Assembly: GCA_031422435.1 (NCBI GenBank)
Contig: JANPLU010000128.1
Coordinates: 64,001 to 128,000, forward strand
Source: Acaryochloridaceae cyanobacterium VAR_48_metabat_390
GTDB taxonomy: Bacteria; Cyanobacteriota; Cyanobacteriia; Thermosynechococcales; Thermosynechococcaceae
Direction: 5' to 3'
DNA length: 64,000 nucleotides
This document shows positions 49,945 to 59,645 of the stretch, piece after piece. The notes under the pieces are model-generated. The model ran no database searches. It had not been told where the DNA came from and was given only the letters and a program-made list of their open reading frames with translations. How positions within the stretch are numbered: position 1 is the stretch's first letter; each line of letters begins with the position of its first letter. The translations under genes and the position numbers were made by a program.

Positions 49945-50523
49945 ATGCAGGCCATAGAAGCCAGACCCCGCTATACTCCCGCCGAATATCTCGCCCTAGA
50001 AGATAAGGCCGAAGGTAAAAGCGAATATGATGATGGCGAGATTATCCATATGACAGGCGGCTCCTTCAACCACAATCGAATCATTAACCGCATCTGTGCC
50101 TATCTGTTGAATGCCCTTAAAGGCAAGAACTATGAACCTTTCAGCAGTGACGTTCGCCTGTGGATTTCTAAATATCGAAAATTTACCTACCCCGACGTAA
50201 TGGTGATTCAAGGCGAACCCATCGCCTACGAAAATCGAACCGACACCCTCATCAATCCACGCCTGATTATTGAAGTGCTTTCTAAATCTACGGAAGATTA
50301 TGATCAAGGCGATAAATTTAAGTTCTACCGCTCCATCCCAGACCTGCAAGAATATCTGCTGATTAGTCAGTATGAGCTAGACATTCAGCACTACACCAAA
50401 AGCGATGACGGCTTCTGGATTTACCGAACGTATGAGTCTTTAGAGGAGACAATCATCCTCACCTCAATCAATACCGAGATTATCGTCGCCAACATCTACG
50501 AAGGTGTAGCTTTTGAAGGTTAA
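49945..50523 (+). CDS. Uma2-family restriction-endonuclease-fold protein
   Basis: EY.DGEI, YPDVMV, IEVLSKST..D..K..Y and LQEYLLI motifs. Confidence 0.93.
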   Translation: MQAIEARPRYTPAEYLALEDKAEGKSEYDDGEIIHMTGGSFNHNRIINRICAYLLNALKGKNYEPFSSDVRLWISKYRKFTYPDVMVIQGEPIAYENRTDTLINPRLIIEVLSKSTEDYDQGDKFKFYRSIPDLQEYLLISQYELDIQHYTKSDDGFWIYRTYESLEETIILTSINTEIIVANIYEGVAFEG

Positions 50524-50534
50524 GCATTAGCGCT

Positions 50535-51104
50535 ATGACCGTGGCAGATTCTGCATCATTGCAAACCCTGGATCGCCTCATTTTAGTAACAGGGCCTTCT
50601 CGCTCCGGTAAAAGCGCCTGGGCAGAAGCGTTAGCGGCTCAGGCGCAGCAGCCTGTTTTGTATATTGCTACATCTATTAATAACCCAGACGACCTTGAGT
50701 GGCAGAAGCGGATTCAACTGCACTGCGATCGCCGTCCCCCTCATTGGCAACTCCAAGAAGTCCCCAACGCGCTAGCAGAGGCGATCACCCAAACCCCAGC
50801 TCACCACTGCATTCTGATTGATTCTCTGGGCACCTGGCTTGCCAACCAGCTAGAGCAAAGCGCCGAAGAGTGGCAAACCACAGAAGCTGCGCTTTTAGAT
50901 ACCCTTCAGTACAGCCCCCAGCAAATTATTTTAGTCTCAGAAGAAGTGGGGTGGGGCATAGTGCCAGCTTACCCAGCGGGGCGACTGTTTCGTGATCGCC
51001 TGGGCGCCTTGGCACAGCGCATTGGCGTTTTGGCAGACCAAGTTTACCTCGTTACCGCAGGTTACGCCCTAGACATCAAAGCCCTGGGGCATCTCGTCCC
51101 CTAA
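50535..51104 (+). CDS. cobU: Adenosylcobinamide kinase / cobinamide-phosphate guanylyltransferase
   Basis: GPSRSGKS, RIQLH..RRP, VSEEVGWG and FRDRLG motifs. Confidence 0.95.
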   Translation: MTVADSASLQTLDRLILVTGPSRSGKSAWAEALAAQAQQPVLYIATSINNPDDLEWQKRIQLHCDRRPPHWQLQEVPNALAEAITQTPAHHCILIDSLGTWLANQLEQSAEEWQTTEAALLDTLQYSPQQIILVSEEVGWGIVPAYPAGRLFRDRLGALAQRIGVLADQVYLVTAGYALDIKALGHLVP

Positions 51105-51111
51105 GCTTTTA

Positions 51112-51390
51112 CTAATCCCAGTCTTGACCAACATCCTGATCGCGGACGGCAGAATCTGCAAAAGCCGCTTCATCAAAGTCATCGTACACCGACCCAAATC
51201 GCCAGATCAGCGGCAGAACCACCGCCAACAGTAGCCCCACCGCAAAACTGACGCTAAGCACCAGCCCAACGGGTAGCTCAATCGACTGCCAACCCAAAAA
51301 CTGAACCGAGATCGATGCCGCATTTTGCACAGAAACCAGTGCCGCGCCTACAACCGCCAACGCAATTATCAAAAAGGCGACCAACTTCAT
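51112..51390 (-). CDS. Small two-TM LapA/DUF1049-like protein
   Basis: SVQN..FLGWQS..LPVG motif, acidic tail. Confidence 0.8.
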   Translation of the reverse strand: MKLVAFLIIALAVVGAALVSVQNAASISVQFLGWQSIELPVGLVLSVSFAVGLLLAVVLPLIWRFGSVYDDFDEAAFADSAVRDQDVGQDWD

Positions 51391-51520
51391 TGCCCTATAA
51401 ATTCCTTTTTATTATTAAAAATGCCAAAAATACTCGTTTCAAACCTGTCCTAGCCCGCTGCACCATTATGGCTTTGCACCTTACTAAATGTCGGCACTAA
51501 TACATAGAGCGATACATAAC

Positions 51521-51656
51521 AATGCAGTCGGTAACACGCCGATGACAGTGGAGCGGTTATCGGTCGGTGATCTAAGATTGGCAAATGCACCTTATAATTC
51601 AGCAGAACTGCGGCAAACCCCTCTCTGCTGAAGGGTACAGCTTTACCGACTTCATT
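51521..51656. other. Multi-stem inverted-repeat element upstream of the gyrA paralog
   Basis: Closing arms AATGCAGTCGGTAA / TTACCGACTTCATT enclose hairpins 51539-51563 and 51598-51632. Confidence 0.5.
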
Positions 51657-51684
51657 CCTCCTTGGCGCGTCAGGCATTTTTCCT

Positions 51685-54138
51685 ATGGCAAAACAGCTAA
51701 ATCTTCTGTCTTCGGGTAAGGTCGTTGACACCGCACTGCATACCGAGATGGAGCAATCGTACCTAGAGTACGCCATGAGCGTAATTGTGGGTCGGGCATT
51801 GCCAGACGTGAGGGATGGTCTGAAGCCCGTCCATCGCCGCATTCTTTATGCCATGCACGAGCTGGGCTTAACCCCTGACCGTCCCTACCGGAAATGCGCC
51901 CGTGTCGTCGGGGATGTGCTGGGGAAATACCACCCCCACGGCGACCAGTCTGTCTATGACGCGCTGGTGCGGCTGGTGCAGTCTTTTTCGACCCGCTATC
52001 CGCTGCTTGACGGGCACGGCAATTTTGGCTCGGTGGATAACGACCCCCCTGCCGCGATGCGCTACACCGAAACGCGCCTTGCGGGGGTCGCCAACCAGAC
52101 GCTTTTAGAAGAGATTGGGGAGTCAACCGTTGACTTTATTGGCAACTTTGACAACTCTCAGCAAGAACCCACGGTGCTGCCTGCCCAGCTCCCCATTTTG
52201 CTGCTCAACGGCTGCTCTGGTATTGCCGTGGGCATGGCAACCAACATCCCACCCCACAATTTAGGGGAGGTTGTGGATGCGCTGATTGCGCTGATTGATA
52301 AGCCCACGCTCACGGCGCAGGAACTCCAGACCTACATCCCTGGCCCAGACTTCCCCACGGGGGGCGAAATTATTGGTACAGAGGGCATCACTGAAGCCTA
52401 CGCGACGGGGCGGGGCAGCATTACGGTGCGGGGTATTACTCAGTTTGAAGAAGCTCAGGCTGGGAAGGGTAAGCATCGACGCACTGCGATTATCATTACG
52501 GAGCTGCCCTTTCAGGTGAATAAGGCAGCACTGATTGAGAAAACTGCGGCACTAGTGAATGCAGAAAAAATTCAGGGCATTGCTGACCTGCGAGACGAAA
52601 GCGATCGCGAGGGGATGCGGATCGTCATTGAGCTAAAGCGAGACGTCTCCCCCGAGCAGGTGCTCGAGCAGCTTTACCGCCAGACGGCGCTGCAAAGTAA
52701 CTTTGGCGTGATTACGCTGGCGATCGTTAACGGTCAGCCTAGGCAGTTGCCGCTCAAAGAGCTACTGGAAGAGTTTTTGCAGTTCCGTGAAGATACGCTG
52801 ATTCGGCGATATCAGCATGACCTCAGCCAAGCCCAAAGCCGGATTGAGATTGTAGAGGGTTTACTGCGCGCCCTCGAAAACCTAGATGCGCTGATTGATA
52901 TTTTGCGAAATGCCCCCGATGGCACCTCGGCAAAGCAGGAACTACAGGCGCGGTTTGGGTTAGACGATCGCCAATCTGACGCAATTTTGGGGATGCCCAT
53001 GCGTCGCCTGACGGGGTTAGAACAGCAAAATTTACGGAGCGAATTTGAAGAACTCACCCAGCAAATTCAGCAGCTAAACCAGCGCCTGAGCGATCGCAAA
53101 GAGCGCCTCAAAATCCTGAAGCAGGATCTGCGTACCCTGAAGCGTAAGTACAGCGACCCCCGCCGCACCCGCATTGAAACTGCCGCACCCGAAAAGCTAG
53201 TGCCCCTTAGCCCGCCAGCTAAAGATGAGCCAGTGCAGATTGAGCTATCGCAGAAGGGATATATCCGCTGGGTGAAAAACACAGGCCGCGCCCGTAAAAA
53301 TAGCCTCGAAACGTCAAATCAGCTCCAGGACTCTGCTCAAGATTTACCCATTTATAGGGGCACTGCGCTGCTTGCGGAACAGCTTTTGGTATTTACCACC
53401 AGCGGCAAAGCTTATACGGTCAACCTTTCCGATATCCCTGGCTCATCGGGGCGCGATCGCGGGACGCCGCTAGTCACGCTGTTAAGCGAGTCTGCCCAAG
53501 CCGAAGCGGTGATTGCCCAATTTTTGCCCTCTGACTACGCAACGGCAGAACGGTTTCTCTTCCTCACGCGGCAGGGACGGTTTAAGTGGTTGACAACCGC
53601 AGAGTTTACGGATTTAACCGCCCGTGGGCTAAGCGCACTTAAGCTTAAAGACGACGATCAGCTCCAGTTTGTAGTCCCCGCAACGGCGGAGATGGAAGTG
53701 GCGATCGCCACGTCTACGGGTCGTCTGGCGCGATTCCCGCTCTTGGAAGTGCCAGAAATGGGTCGTCCGGCCTTGGGGAATCAGGTGTTACGGCTCATGA
53801 GGCAGGAGGTCTTAGTGGGGTTAGCGGCAGTCTCAGACCCTGCGGAAATTTTGCTATTGTCCCGTCAGGGTTACGCGAAACGTCTGCCTTTGGCCTCTGC
53901 GCGCCTGGGACATCCAGGGGGATTGGGTACGCCTTTAGTGCAGTTTGCAAAGAAAACCGATGCCTTAATCACCATGATGCTTGTCCAGCCAGATCGTGAC
54001 CTGTACGTCACCACCGACCAAAACCGTGCTGCCGCTGTCGCTCCACAAGATCTGCCGATGGCAACCAAGGAGGGGGCTGGCACCCTTTGGATCAAGCCCA
54101 GCGCTAATGAACAGCTCGTGAGCGCATTTTTGATGTAG
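51685..54138 (+). CDS. gyrA: Type IIA topoisomerase subunit A (GyrA paralog, ParC-like)
   Basis: [23 protein letters not shown] and catalytic AAMRYTE; pinwheel CTD with no recognisable GyrA-box. Confidence 0.9.
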   Translation: MAKQLNLLSSGKVVDTALHTEMEQSYLEYAMSVIVGRALPDVRDGLKPVHRRILYAMHELGLTPDRPYRKCARVVGDVLGKYHPHGDQSVYDALVRLVQSFSTRYPLLDGHGNFGSVDNDPPAAMRYTETRLAGVANQTLLEEIGESTVDFIGNFDNSQQEPTVLPAQLPILLLNGCSGIAVGMATNIPPHNLGEVVDALIALIDKPTLTAQELQTYIPGPDFPTGGEIIGTEGITEAYATGRGSITVRGITQFEEAQAGKGKHRRTAIIITELPFQVNKAALIEKTAALVNAEKIQGIADLRDESDREGMRIVIELKRDVSPEQVLEQLYRQTALQSNFGVITLAIVNGQPRQLPLKELLEEFLQFREDTLIRRYQHDLSQAQSRIEIVEGLLRALENLDALIDILRNAPDGTSAKQELQARFGLDDRQSDAILGMPMRRLTGLEQQNLRSEFEELTQQIQQLNQRLSDRKERLKILKQDLRTLKRKYSDPRRTRIETAAPEKLVPLSPPAKDEPVQIELSQKGYIRWVKNTGRARKNSLETSNQLQDSAQDLPIYRGTALLAEQLLVFTTSGKAYTVNLSDIPGSSGRDRGTPLVTLLSESAQAEAVIAQFLPSDYATAERFLFLTRQGRFKWLTTAEFTDLTARGLSALKLKDDDQLQFVVPATAEMEVAIATSTGRLARFPLLEVPEMGRPALGNQVLRLMRQEVLVGLAAVSDPAEILLLSRQGYAKRLPLASARLGHPGGLGTPLVQFAKKTDALITMMLVQPDRDLYVTTDQNRAAAVAPQDLPMATKEGAGTLWIKPSANEQLVSAFLM

Positions 54139-54154
54139 AACAACTTCCCATTTT

Positions 54155-56275
54155 TCAAGACATGGGCTGAAACCCTGTGTTAAACGTTGGGCACAGCGGT
54201 AAATCGACGGTAAAGGTCGTGACCCCCTCACCACTCTCAACCCCAATGCTGCCCTGAAGTTGCTCAACCAGGCGCTTCACGAGGGCTAGCCCTAGCCCTG
54301 TGCCACCCTGCTTCCAGGGGTCGGAGTTGGGGACACGATAGAACTTGTCAAAAATGCGAGATAGCTCATGTTGGGGAATTTCAGACTCATTGGCAACTTT
54401 GATATGAACTGCGTTTTGGGGTTCCCCAATATGGCTAATGTTGAGCGAAACTTTGCCCCCCTGCGCCGTATATTTGCAGGCATTATTTAATAGCTCTGCC
54501 AAAATGCGCTCTAAGCAGGCTCTATCCGACTTGATGGCAGGCAGATCCGGCTCACACGCGACTGAAAACTGCTGTTCTCGCTCACCCAGCCGAGACTGGA
54601 AGGGCTGAAGTATACGCGGAATTAAATCCTGTAGCTGAACATCTTCAACCCCCACTGGGTTTACGCCAGCCTCCAGGCGCTGAAGATCAAGAAGGTCGTT
54701 AATCAGCTCAGTTTCCCGTCCGCACTCAGAGTCCAAAATGTCGATATAGCGCTTCTGGCGCTGCTCTAGAGGGAACTGGTTGAGCATGTGAATCGCCATT
54801 TTGATGTTAGACATGGGCGTTCGCAGCTCGTGGGAGACGGTGCTTAAAAAGTCGTCCTTGAGGTTATTGAGCCGCTCTAGCTCCTGCATTTTTTGCTGAA
54901 GCTGAGCGGTGCGCTCCTGTACCTGGCGCTCTAGGTCTGCGTTGAGATCCTGCACCTTTTGGTAAAGCTGGGCTTGGTGAATGGCGATCGCACACTGGTC
55001 TGCAATGGTTTTGACCAGCCCTCGCTCATCGGTATTCCAGTCGCGCAGCACGTTATTGGTGGGGTTGCTCTTCTGAAAGAGGCTGATACTGCCCAAGTAG
55101 TTTTGCAGATAAATCAGCGGCGTCATGAGTACCGAAGACACCTGGCACTGCTGGGCGATCGCCAGAATTTCGAGATTTAGCCCACTATCTTCATCGGTCA
55201 GCACCACCTGGTTTCCCTGGGCCATCGCCTCCTGACACAGTCGCAGAAACCGTTCGTTCCCCTGAATCAGATCGTGACGACCTACCGCCGTATGGCTCAC
55301 ATAGTGATTCACCATTTCACCATCGGCGCTAATTTGCACAATGATGCAGTGGCTGGCTTCGAGCGCCTCTAGCAGCAGCCCTACGGTAATTTGCAGCACT
55401 TCTGCCGTCACCATCGTGCCGCGCATCGCCTGCACAATCCGGTTAATAATGGCCTCCCGCTGCGCCTGATGGCGGAGCTGCTCTTCGGCGCGCTTGCGCT
55501 CGGTAATGTCTGCGACGTAGCTACGGACGAGGTCGCTCTCGGCAATGTAGTGTACCGACTGCTCAAACACGCGATCACCAATTTCCACTTCTCGCACAAA
55601 AAAGTTGCGATGACCGGGCTGGGCAGGCTTCGCCATCGGCAATAGCCCCTGAAGCATCGGGTGCAGTACCCCAATGTCTGAAATATCAGGGAACTGCATG
55701 ACTGCCGAGGGGTTAAGATACGTCACAATTCCAGACAGATCAATTTCTAGAATGGGGTAAGGGGTCAGCTCAGGAAACGAAGCCAGCCGCACCAGGGCGG
55801 CTTCGCTCATGTCCTGGAAGTCATCATCCGTTGGCACTAAAGTCTGAAAGGGATTAACGGAGTTAGACAGAATGGTTGAGAGATCTTTCGCTTCTACAAA
55901 CCGATCAAAATCAGAATCGGTCAGGTTAGAAATGGCGTAATATTTTGCCCGAACATCTCCACCAAAAACCACCATATCCCCATGCTTGAGATCATGGGAA
56001 AAGAGCCGCCGCCCGTTAATAATTAGCCCGTTGGTGCTGCGCTTGCCCTGCAAGTCGCCATCAATCATGCGGAACAGATAGGTGGAAGAATCTGGAGACG
56101 TGACCCGCAGCAAAATGGCGTGCTGTCGGGACACCATTTTGGAGTGCAGCACCACGGAATTGGTTGAATCCCGACCAATTGAATAGGTGGCGGCCTCTAG
56201 AGGTACCGTCCGCCGCCCCTTAGCATCATCAATAATCAGCAGATGACGAAACCGATTGCGTTGGTCTTGATCCAT
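54155..56275 (-). CDS. FHA-PAS-GAF sensor histidine kinase
   Basis: FHA motifs IGR, VSRQHA and STNG; PAS ending DITERK; GAF ending IAIHQA; SHELRTP, NACKY and GTGLGL. Confidence 0.93.
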   Translation of the reverse strand: MDQDQRNRFRHLLIIDDAKGRRTVPLEAATYSIGRDSTNSVVLHSKMVSRQHAILLRVTSPDSSTYLFRMIDGDLQGKRSTNGLIINGRRLFSHDLKHGDMVVFGGDVRAKYYAISNLTDSDFDRFVEAKDLSTILSNSVNPFQTLVPTDDDFQDMSEAALVRLASFPELTPYPILEIDLSGIVTYLNPSAVMQFPDISDIGVLHPMLQGLLPMAKPAQPGHRNFFVREVEIGDRVFEQSVHYIAESDLVRSYVADITERKRAEEQLRHQAQREAIINRIVQAMRGTMVTAEVLQITVGLLLEALEASHCIIVQISADGEMVNHYVSHTAVGRHDLIQGNERFLRLCQEAMAQGNQVVLTDEDSGLNLEILAIAQQCQVSSVLMTPLIYLQNYLGSISLFQKSNPTNNVLRDWNTDERGLVKTIADQCAIAIHQAQLYQKVQDLNADLERQVQERTAQLQQKMQELERLNNLKDDFLSTVSHELRTPMSNIKMAIHMLNQFPLEQRQKRYIDILDSECGRETELINDLLDLQRLEAGVNPVGVEDVQLQDLIPRILQPFQSRLGEREQQFSVACEPDLPAIKSDRACLERILAELLNNACKYTAQGGKVSLNISHIGEPQNAVHIKVANESEIPQHELSRIFDKFYRVPNSDPWKQGGTGLGLALVKRLVEQLQGSIGVESGEGVTTFTVDLPLCPTFNTGFQPMS

Positions 56276-56304
56276 GATTTTCGTCTGTGCTGAGGGACAA
56301 GTTC

Positions 56305-56347
56305 AGATTCTTTCTCTCGCCCTGGGAGACAGGAGAGGGGCAAAAGT
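56305..56347 (-). repeat. Degenerate copy of the 16240 repeat
   Basis: Minus strand ACTTTTGCCCCTC..CTCCCAGGG..GAGAG..AAGAATC aligns with 16240-16289. Confidence 0.5.
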
Positions 56348-56387
56348 GTAGGGTCTTTAATTCATGATCCTTAGCCAATCTTAAGGG

Positions 56388-58109
56388 CTAAATTCCAAAA
56401 AGATTGTGAATCCGCTGCCGAATCCACCATAACGGAGGCTCTGCTTCATTTTGCGATAATTCGGGGGCAAGTACGCCCAGTTCTCTCAGGACTTGCTGAC
56501 GTTGCGCTAAGGTTTCTGCAATTTCTTGGGCAAGTTCTTGATGGTCTTGGAGCAACATTTTAAGGGCGCGGTGGTCTACCACAAATAGGGTTACGTCTTC
56601 TAGTGCCTGAACCGTTGTGGAGCGGGGCATTCCGGTAAATAGTGAGATTTCGCCAAAAAATTCGCCGGATTCAATGACCGCAATTTCTTGACCCAGTTTT
56701 TCAGAAATCACCTCAACGCGACCTTTCAGCAGAATGTAGAAACATTCGCCAGTGTCGCCTTCTTTACAAATAATTTGGCCTTTACGAAAAGAACGGCGGT
56801 AGCCCTGCTCAATTAGCACTCTAAGCTGCGCGTCACTGCACCCTTTGAAGTAGCTGACCTGCTTGAGCAGCACCCGCAAAGACTTTAGCGCTTGGTAGCT
56901 AGAGCGTTCTGGCGGCGGACTCTCGGTGACGGTAGCAGAAGCAGCCGCTGGGGAATGACTGTGCCCGATGTGTTCAGGCCAGTGGGCGGCTGTGGCAGGC
57001 TCTCGCAGCCGTAGCTCACGCTGAGGGAACGGAATTTCAATATTGCGGTGTCGCAGCTCTTGCTCAATGAGAAAATTTAGAGCGCTTTTGATGGGTTCAA
57101 AATTTTGGGGCTGGTTAATCCAAACTAGCAGCTCAAATTCGTAGGCGCTTTCTCCAAATGCCTTAAACCACACCACAGGGGGCGGGTCGTGCAAAACGCG
57201 GGGTTCCATCCGAGCGCAGGAAACGAGGGTTTCGGTGACAAGCACTGTATCGGTGCCAAAGGCAATGGTAATGGGGATATGTACGCGGGTTGCGGGTTCT
57301 TGGTAGCTCCAGTTGATCACGTTTTTTTGCGAAAACAGGTGGTTGGGGATGATCACAAAGCGGCGATCGGTGGTTCGTAGAATGGTGGATCGAATTGAAA
57401 TACGCTCAATAGTGCCTGTGATGCCGTCAATCTCTACAAAGTCGCCCACGCGGATTTGCTGCTCAAACAGCAGAGTCAGGCCGCTCACAAAGTTCCCCGC
57501 CAGTTCCTGTAGACCCAGCCCAAAACCTAAGCCGACCACGCCTGCTAAAACGGTCAAAGAGCTAAGGTCTAGACCGATGGTTTGCAGCAAGATGATGATG
57601 CCGAGAATGGCGATCGCATAGGTAATCAGGGTCGAGATCGCCTCCTGCATTCCGCGATCCATCCGTGATTGACCCAGCACCCAGGTCTTAATGGACTGGC
57701 TGAGCAATCGCGCCCCGATAAAAATGGCGATCGCCACCACAATTGCCGTCACAATCGTACTGAGAGACAGGCGAGTTTTACCCAGGTCAATGATTGGCCC
57801 TGTGAGCCAGTTGCCAAGCTGTGACGAGAAACCTGACATGCCAAGGTTAAGCGTTTTGGCAAGGGGCTGCAAAAACTGGACTTGGGTGAGTATGGCGGCA
57901 ACTGCCACCAGCCACAGCCCCGCGCGCAGTAGCAAAAGCAGCATCACCCCACCTAGCTCTGTCCAAAGGCGTTCTGAGGGGCGCAGATATCGCTCAGCCC
58001 AATGCCTAAAGCGTCGCAGTAAAGTGCCGAAAAGACGGTGCCCCCAGAGGGTCAAGCCCAAAATGACCAGCAGGCAGACGATTTGAAAAATGAATGGGCC
58101 TTGAATCAT
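56388..58109 (-). CDS. MscS-family mechanosensitive channel with a C-terminal cNMP-binding domain
   Basis: GLGFGLGLQ..NFVSG, IRVGDFVE, IIPN and IPFPQR; cNMP domain GEFFGE..PRSTT; start set at ATG 58109. Confidence 0.93.
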   Translation of the reverse strand: MIQGPFIFQIVCLLVILGLTLWGHRLFGTLLRRFRHWAERYLRPSERLWTELGGVMLLLLLRAGLWLVAVAAILTQVQFLQPLAKTLNLGMSGFSSQLGNWLTGPIIDLGKTRLSLSTIVTAIVVAIAIFIGARLLSQSIKTWVLGQSRMDRGMQEAISTLITYAIAILGIIILLQTIGLDLSSLTVLAGVVGLGFGLGLQELAGNFVSGLTLLFEQQIRVGDFVEIDGITGTIERISIRSTILRTTDRRFVIIPNHLFSQKNVINWSYQEPATRVHIPITIAFGTDTVLVTETLVSCARMEPRVLHDPPPVVWFKAFGESAYEFELLVWINQPQNFEPIKSALNFLIEQELRHRNIEIPFPQRELRLREPATAAHWPEHIGHSHSPAAASATVTESPPPERSSYQALKSLRVLLKQVSYFKGCSDAQLRVLIEQGYRRSFRKGQIICKEGDTGECFYILLKGRVEVISEKLGQEIAVIESGEFFGEISLFTGMPRSTTVQALEDVTLFVVDHRALKMLLQDHQELAQEIAETLAQRQQVLRELGVLAPELSQNEAEPPLWWIRQRIHNLFGI

Positions 58110-58141
58110 GAATGCTGGCTTCTCGTCAACTGTTTCCAACC

Positions 58142-58576
58142 TTAGGGCAGGTACTGTTGAACCACAATCCATCCCGTCCAAAGTACGCCCAAAAATGCTG
58201 CGCCGAGTAAAACATTAAGCGCAATATGAAGCGGTCTAGCCCAAGTGTGTCCTTTCTGAATCTGGAGTGCAGCCCCCGCAGAGAGTAGCGTAATGCTGAC
58301 CACAATGCCGCCAAAAATACCGTGATTGGAGTGCCCTAGGCTGCCATATTGCCCCAAGGTGCCCACAATGCCGATGGCTAACAGCCCTAGCACTAGCATG
58401 ACTAAGGTTAGCCCTAAGGCAATATGAAGGGTGCGCCATGCTGCACGAGGCAGTTGAGCTTTTCGGGTATGCGCCATGCCTACACCCGTTATGGCTAAGA
58501 TGCTGTAGGTCAGCAGTGACAGACCCATTGACCAAGCTGCAATTTTCCAAAGCCACAGAAACGAAGGAAGATCCAT
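58142..58576 (-). CDS. DUF4079 / cytochrome b561-like membrane protein
   Basis: Four TM helices with His residues (TLH, HSNH, RPLH); MDLPSFLWLWKIAAWSMG start. Confidence 0.82.
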   Translation of the reverse strand: MDLPSFLWLWKIAAWSMGLSLLTYSILAITGVGMAHTRKAQLPRAAWRTLHIALGLTLVMLVLGLLAIGIVGTLGQYGSLGHSNHGIFGGIVVSITLLSAGAALQIQKGHTWARPLHIALNVLLGAAFLGVLWTGWIVVQQYLP

Positions 58577-58622
58577 ATCTTAAAGTTTTGAGGAGAATGC
58601 TTCTGGTCTTAATTTAATCTGT

Positions 58623-58810
58623 GTAGTCGGTTTCTCCAGACTATTTCATCCAGATCAGGAGCGGGTTTGCCAGAAAGAAACGGCACTTATGAGGACGATA
58701 GATAGGGTAAGCCCTTCGAGGCTCAGCGTGAGCGGCTTGATCTTGAACAGCTTAGATAGGCGCAGGTTCAATCGCGGAGTGGTGCAGAAAACTTTTTAAG
58801 CTTCGACTTC
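58623..58810 (+). ncRNA. ssrS: 6S RNA (cyanobacterial SsaA/SsrS)
   Basis: GTTTCTCCAGACT..GAAACGGCAC..GACGATAGATAGGGTAAG..GTGAGCGGCTTGATCTTGAACAG..GGTTC..GAAAAC; rod pairings (ACTATTTC/GGAGTGGT, AGATCAGG/CTTGATCT) need G-U pairs available only on +; ends approximate. Confidence 0.88.
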
Positions 58811-58919
58811 AGTCGTTATTTGACTCTAAACCCTATATCTTACGTTAACCATCAGTCAAATTCTCAATAAGTGCAATCTCATGAGAACCCTGCTTCTATA
58901 TAGGCTTCATGAGTTTTCT

Positions 58920-58962
58920 GCATTTACACAGTCCAGAAGCGCTTTCTGGACTGTGTAAATGC
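58920..58962. terminator. Perfect 19-bp hairpin between 6S RNA and tRNA-Thr
   Basis: GCATTTACACAGTCCAGAA-GCGCT-TTCTGGACTGTGTAAATGC. Confidence 0.8.
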
Positions 58963-58976
58963 TTAGTCTTCTTAAA

Positions 58977-59049
58977 AGCTGGTGACAAGACTCGAACTTG
59001 CGACCGGCTGATTACAAATCAGCTGCTCTACCAACTGAGCTACACCAGC
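58977..59049 (-). tRNA. trnT: tRNA-Thr (TGT), CCA not encoded
   Basis: GCTGGTG acceptor stem, D-arm GCTCAGTTGGTAGAGC, anticodon arm GCTGA-TTTGTAA-TCAGC, T-loop GTTCGAGT. Confidence 0.97.
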
Positions 59050-59126
59050 AAATCAGACTCAATTATACACAAGGGTTTGAGTAAAATAAAGCTCAAAAAT
59101 CTAATTACACAGCTTTTTATAGAAGG

Positions 59127-59540
59127 CTAACGCCATTTTATGAGCCAATCAAGCACCTGCTGTGGTAGGGGCTGGCGCTCACGATTCAATGGATTAATGC
59201 AGGCATGACGAGTCAAAGCCTTGCTGGTCAGCTGATCGCGATTGCCCTCCCCATAAATCTCATACCGAATCTCAAACCCATTTCCAGATATAGACGCTGG
59301 AGTCAGCACAATCTCGTGGCGATCGCCACAAAACGCCGGCTGGCGATAATCTACCTCAGCATGGACGATAGGTAAGGCGATCGCGCTACTACTACTGAAA
59401 AACTGGCGCACCTCAATGCCTGCGGCAATTAGAGATTCTTCATAGGCTTCATGGCACATTGCTAAAGTGTTCGCAAAGTACACGACCCCTGCGGCATCCG
59501 TCTCTTGGAATCGGACGGTGCGTTGATAAACAAAAGGCAT
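59127..59540 (-). CDS. Hot-dog acyl-CoA thioesterase, probably DHNA-CoA thioesterase (phylloquinone pathway)
   Basis: VRFQETDAAGVVYFAN..CHEAYE and LPIVHAEVDY motifs. Confidence 0.85.
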   Translation of the reverse strand: MPFVYQRTVRFQETDAAGVVYFANTLAMCHEAYEESLIAAGIEVRQFFSSSSAIALPIVHAEVDYRQPAFCGDRHEIVLTPASISGNGFEIRYEIYGEGNRDQLTSKALTRHACINPLNRERQPLPQQVLDWLIKWR

Positions 59541-59645
59541 ATTGACTTTATGTGAACAGTTTGTTAAGTTTGGTTACATAAATTAATAAAAAAGATCTTC
59601 GCCCGCTCCTGCAAGGAACGCTCTCGATATCTGTCTTATACCCTA

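Noticed and set aside
49945..50523. Uma2 gene as a defence system
   Set aside because: Solitary member of a family that is highly expanded in cyanobacteria; no partner genes
51521..51656. c-di-GMP-I or cobalamin riboswitch
   Set aside because: GGCAAACC and TTACCG are present but not in c-di-GMP-I order, with no GNRA loop/receptor; no B12 box, and it is not upstream of cobU
54155..56275. GAF domain as a cyanobacteriochrome
   Set aside because: Lacks the DxCF/Asp motif and the CH bilin-binding motif
58977..59049. tRNA-Thr as an integration site
   Set aside because: No integrase and no duplicated tRNA 3' end; the flanks are core genes
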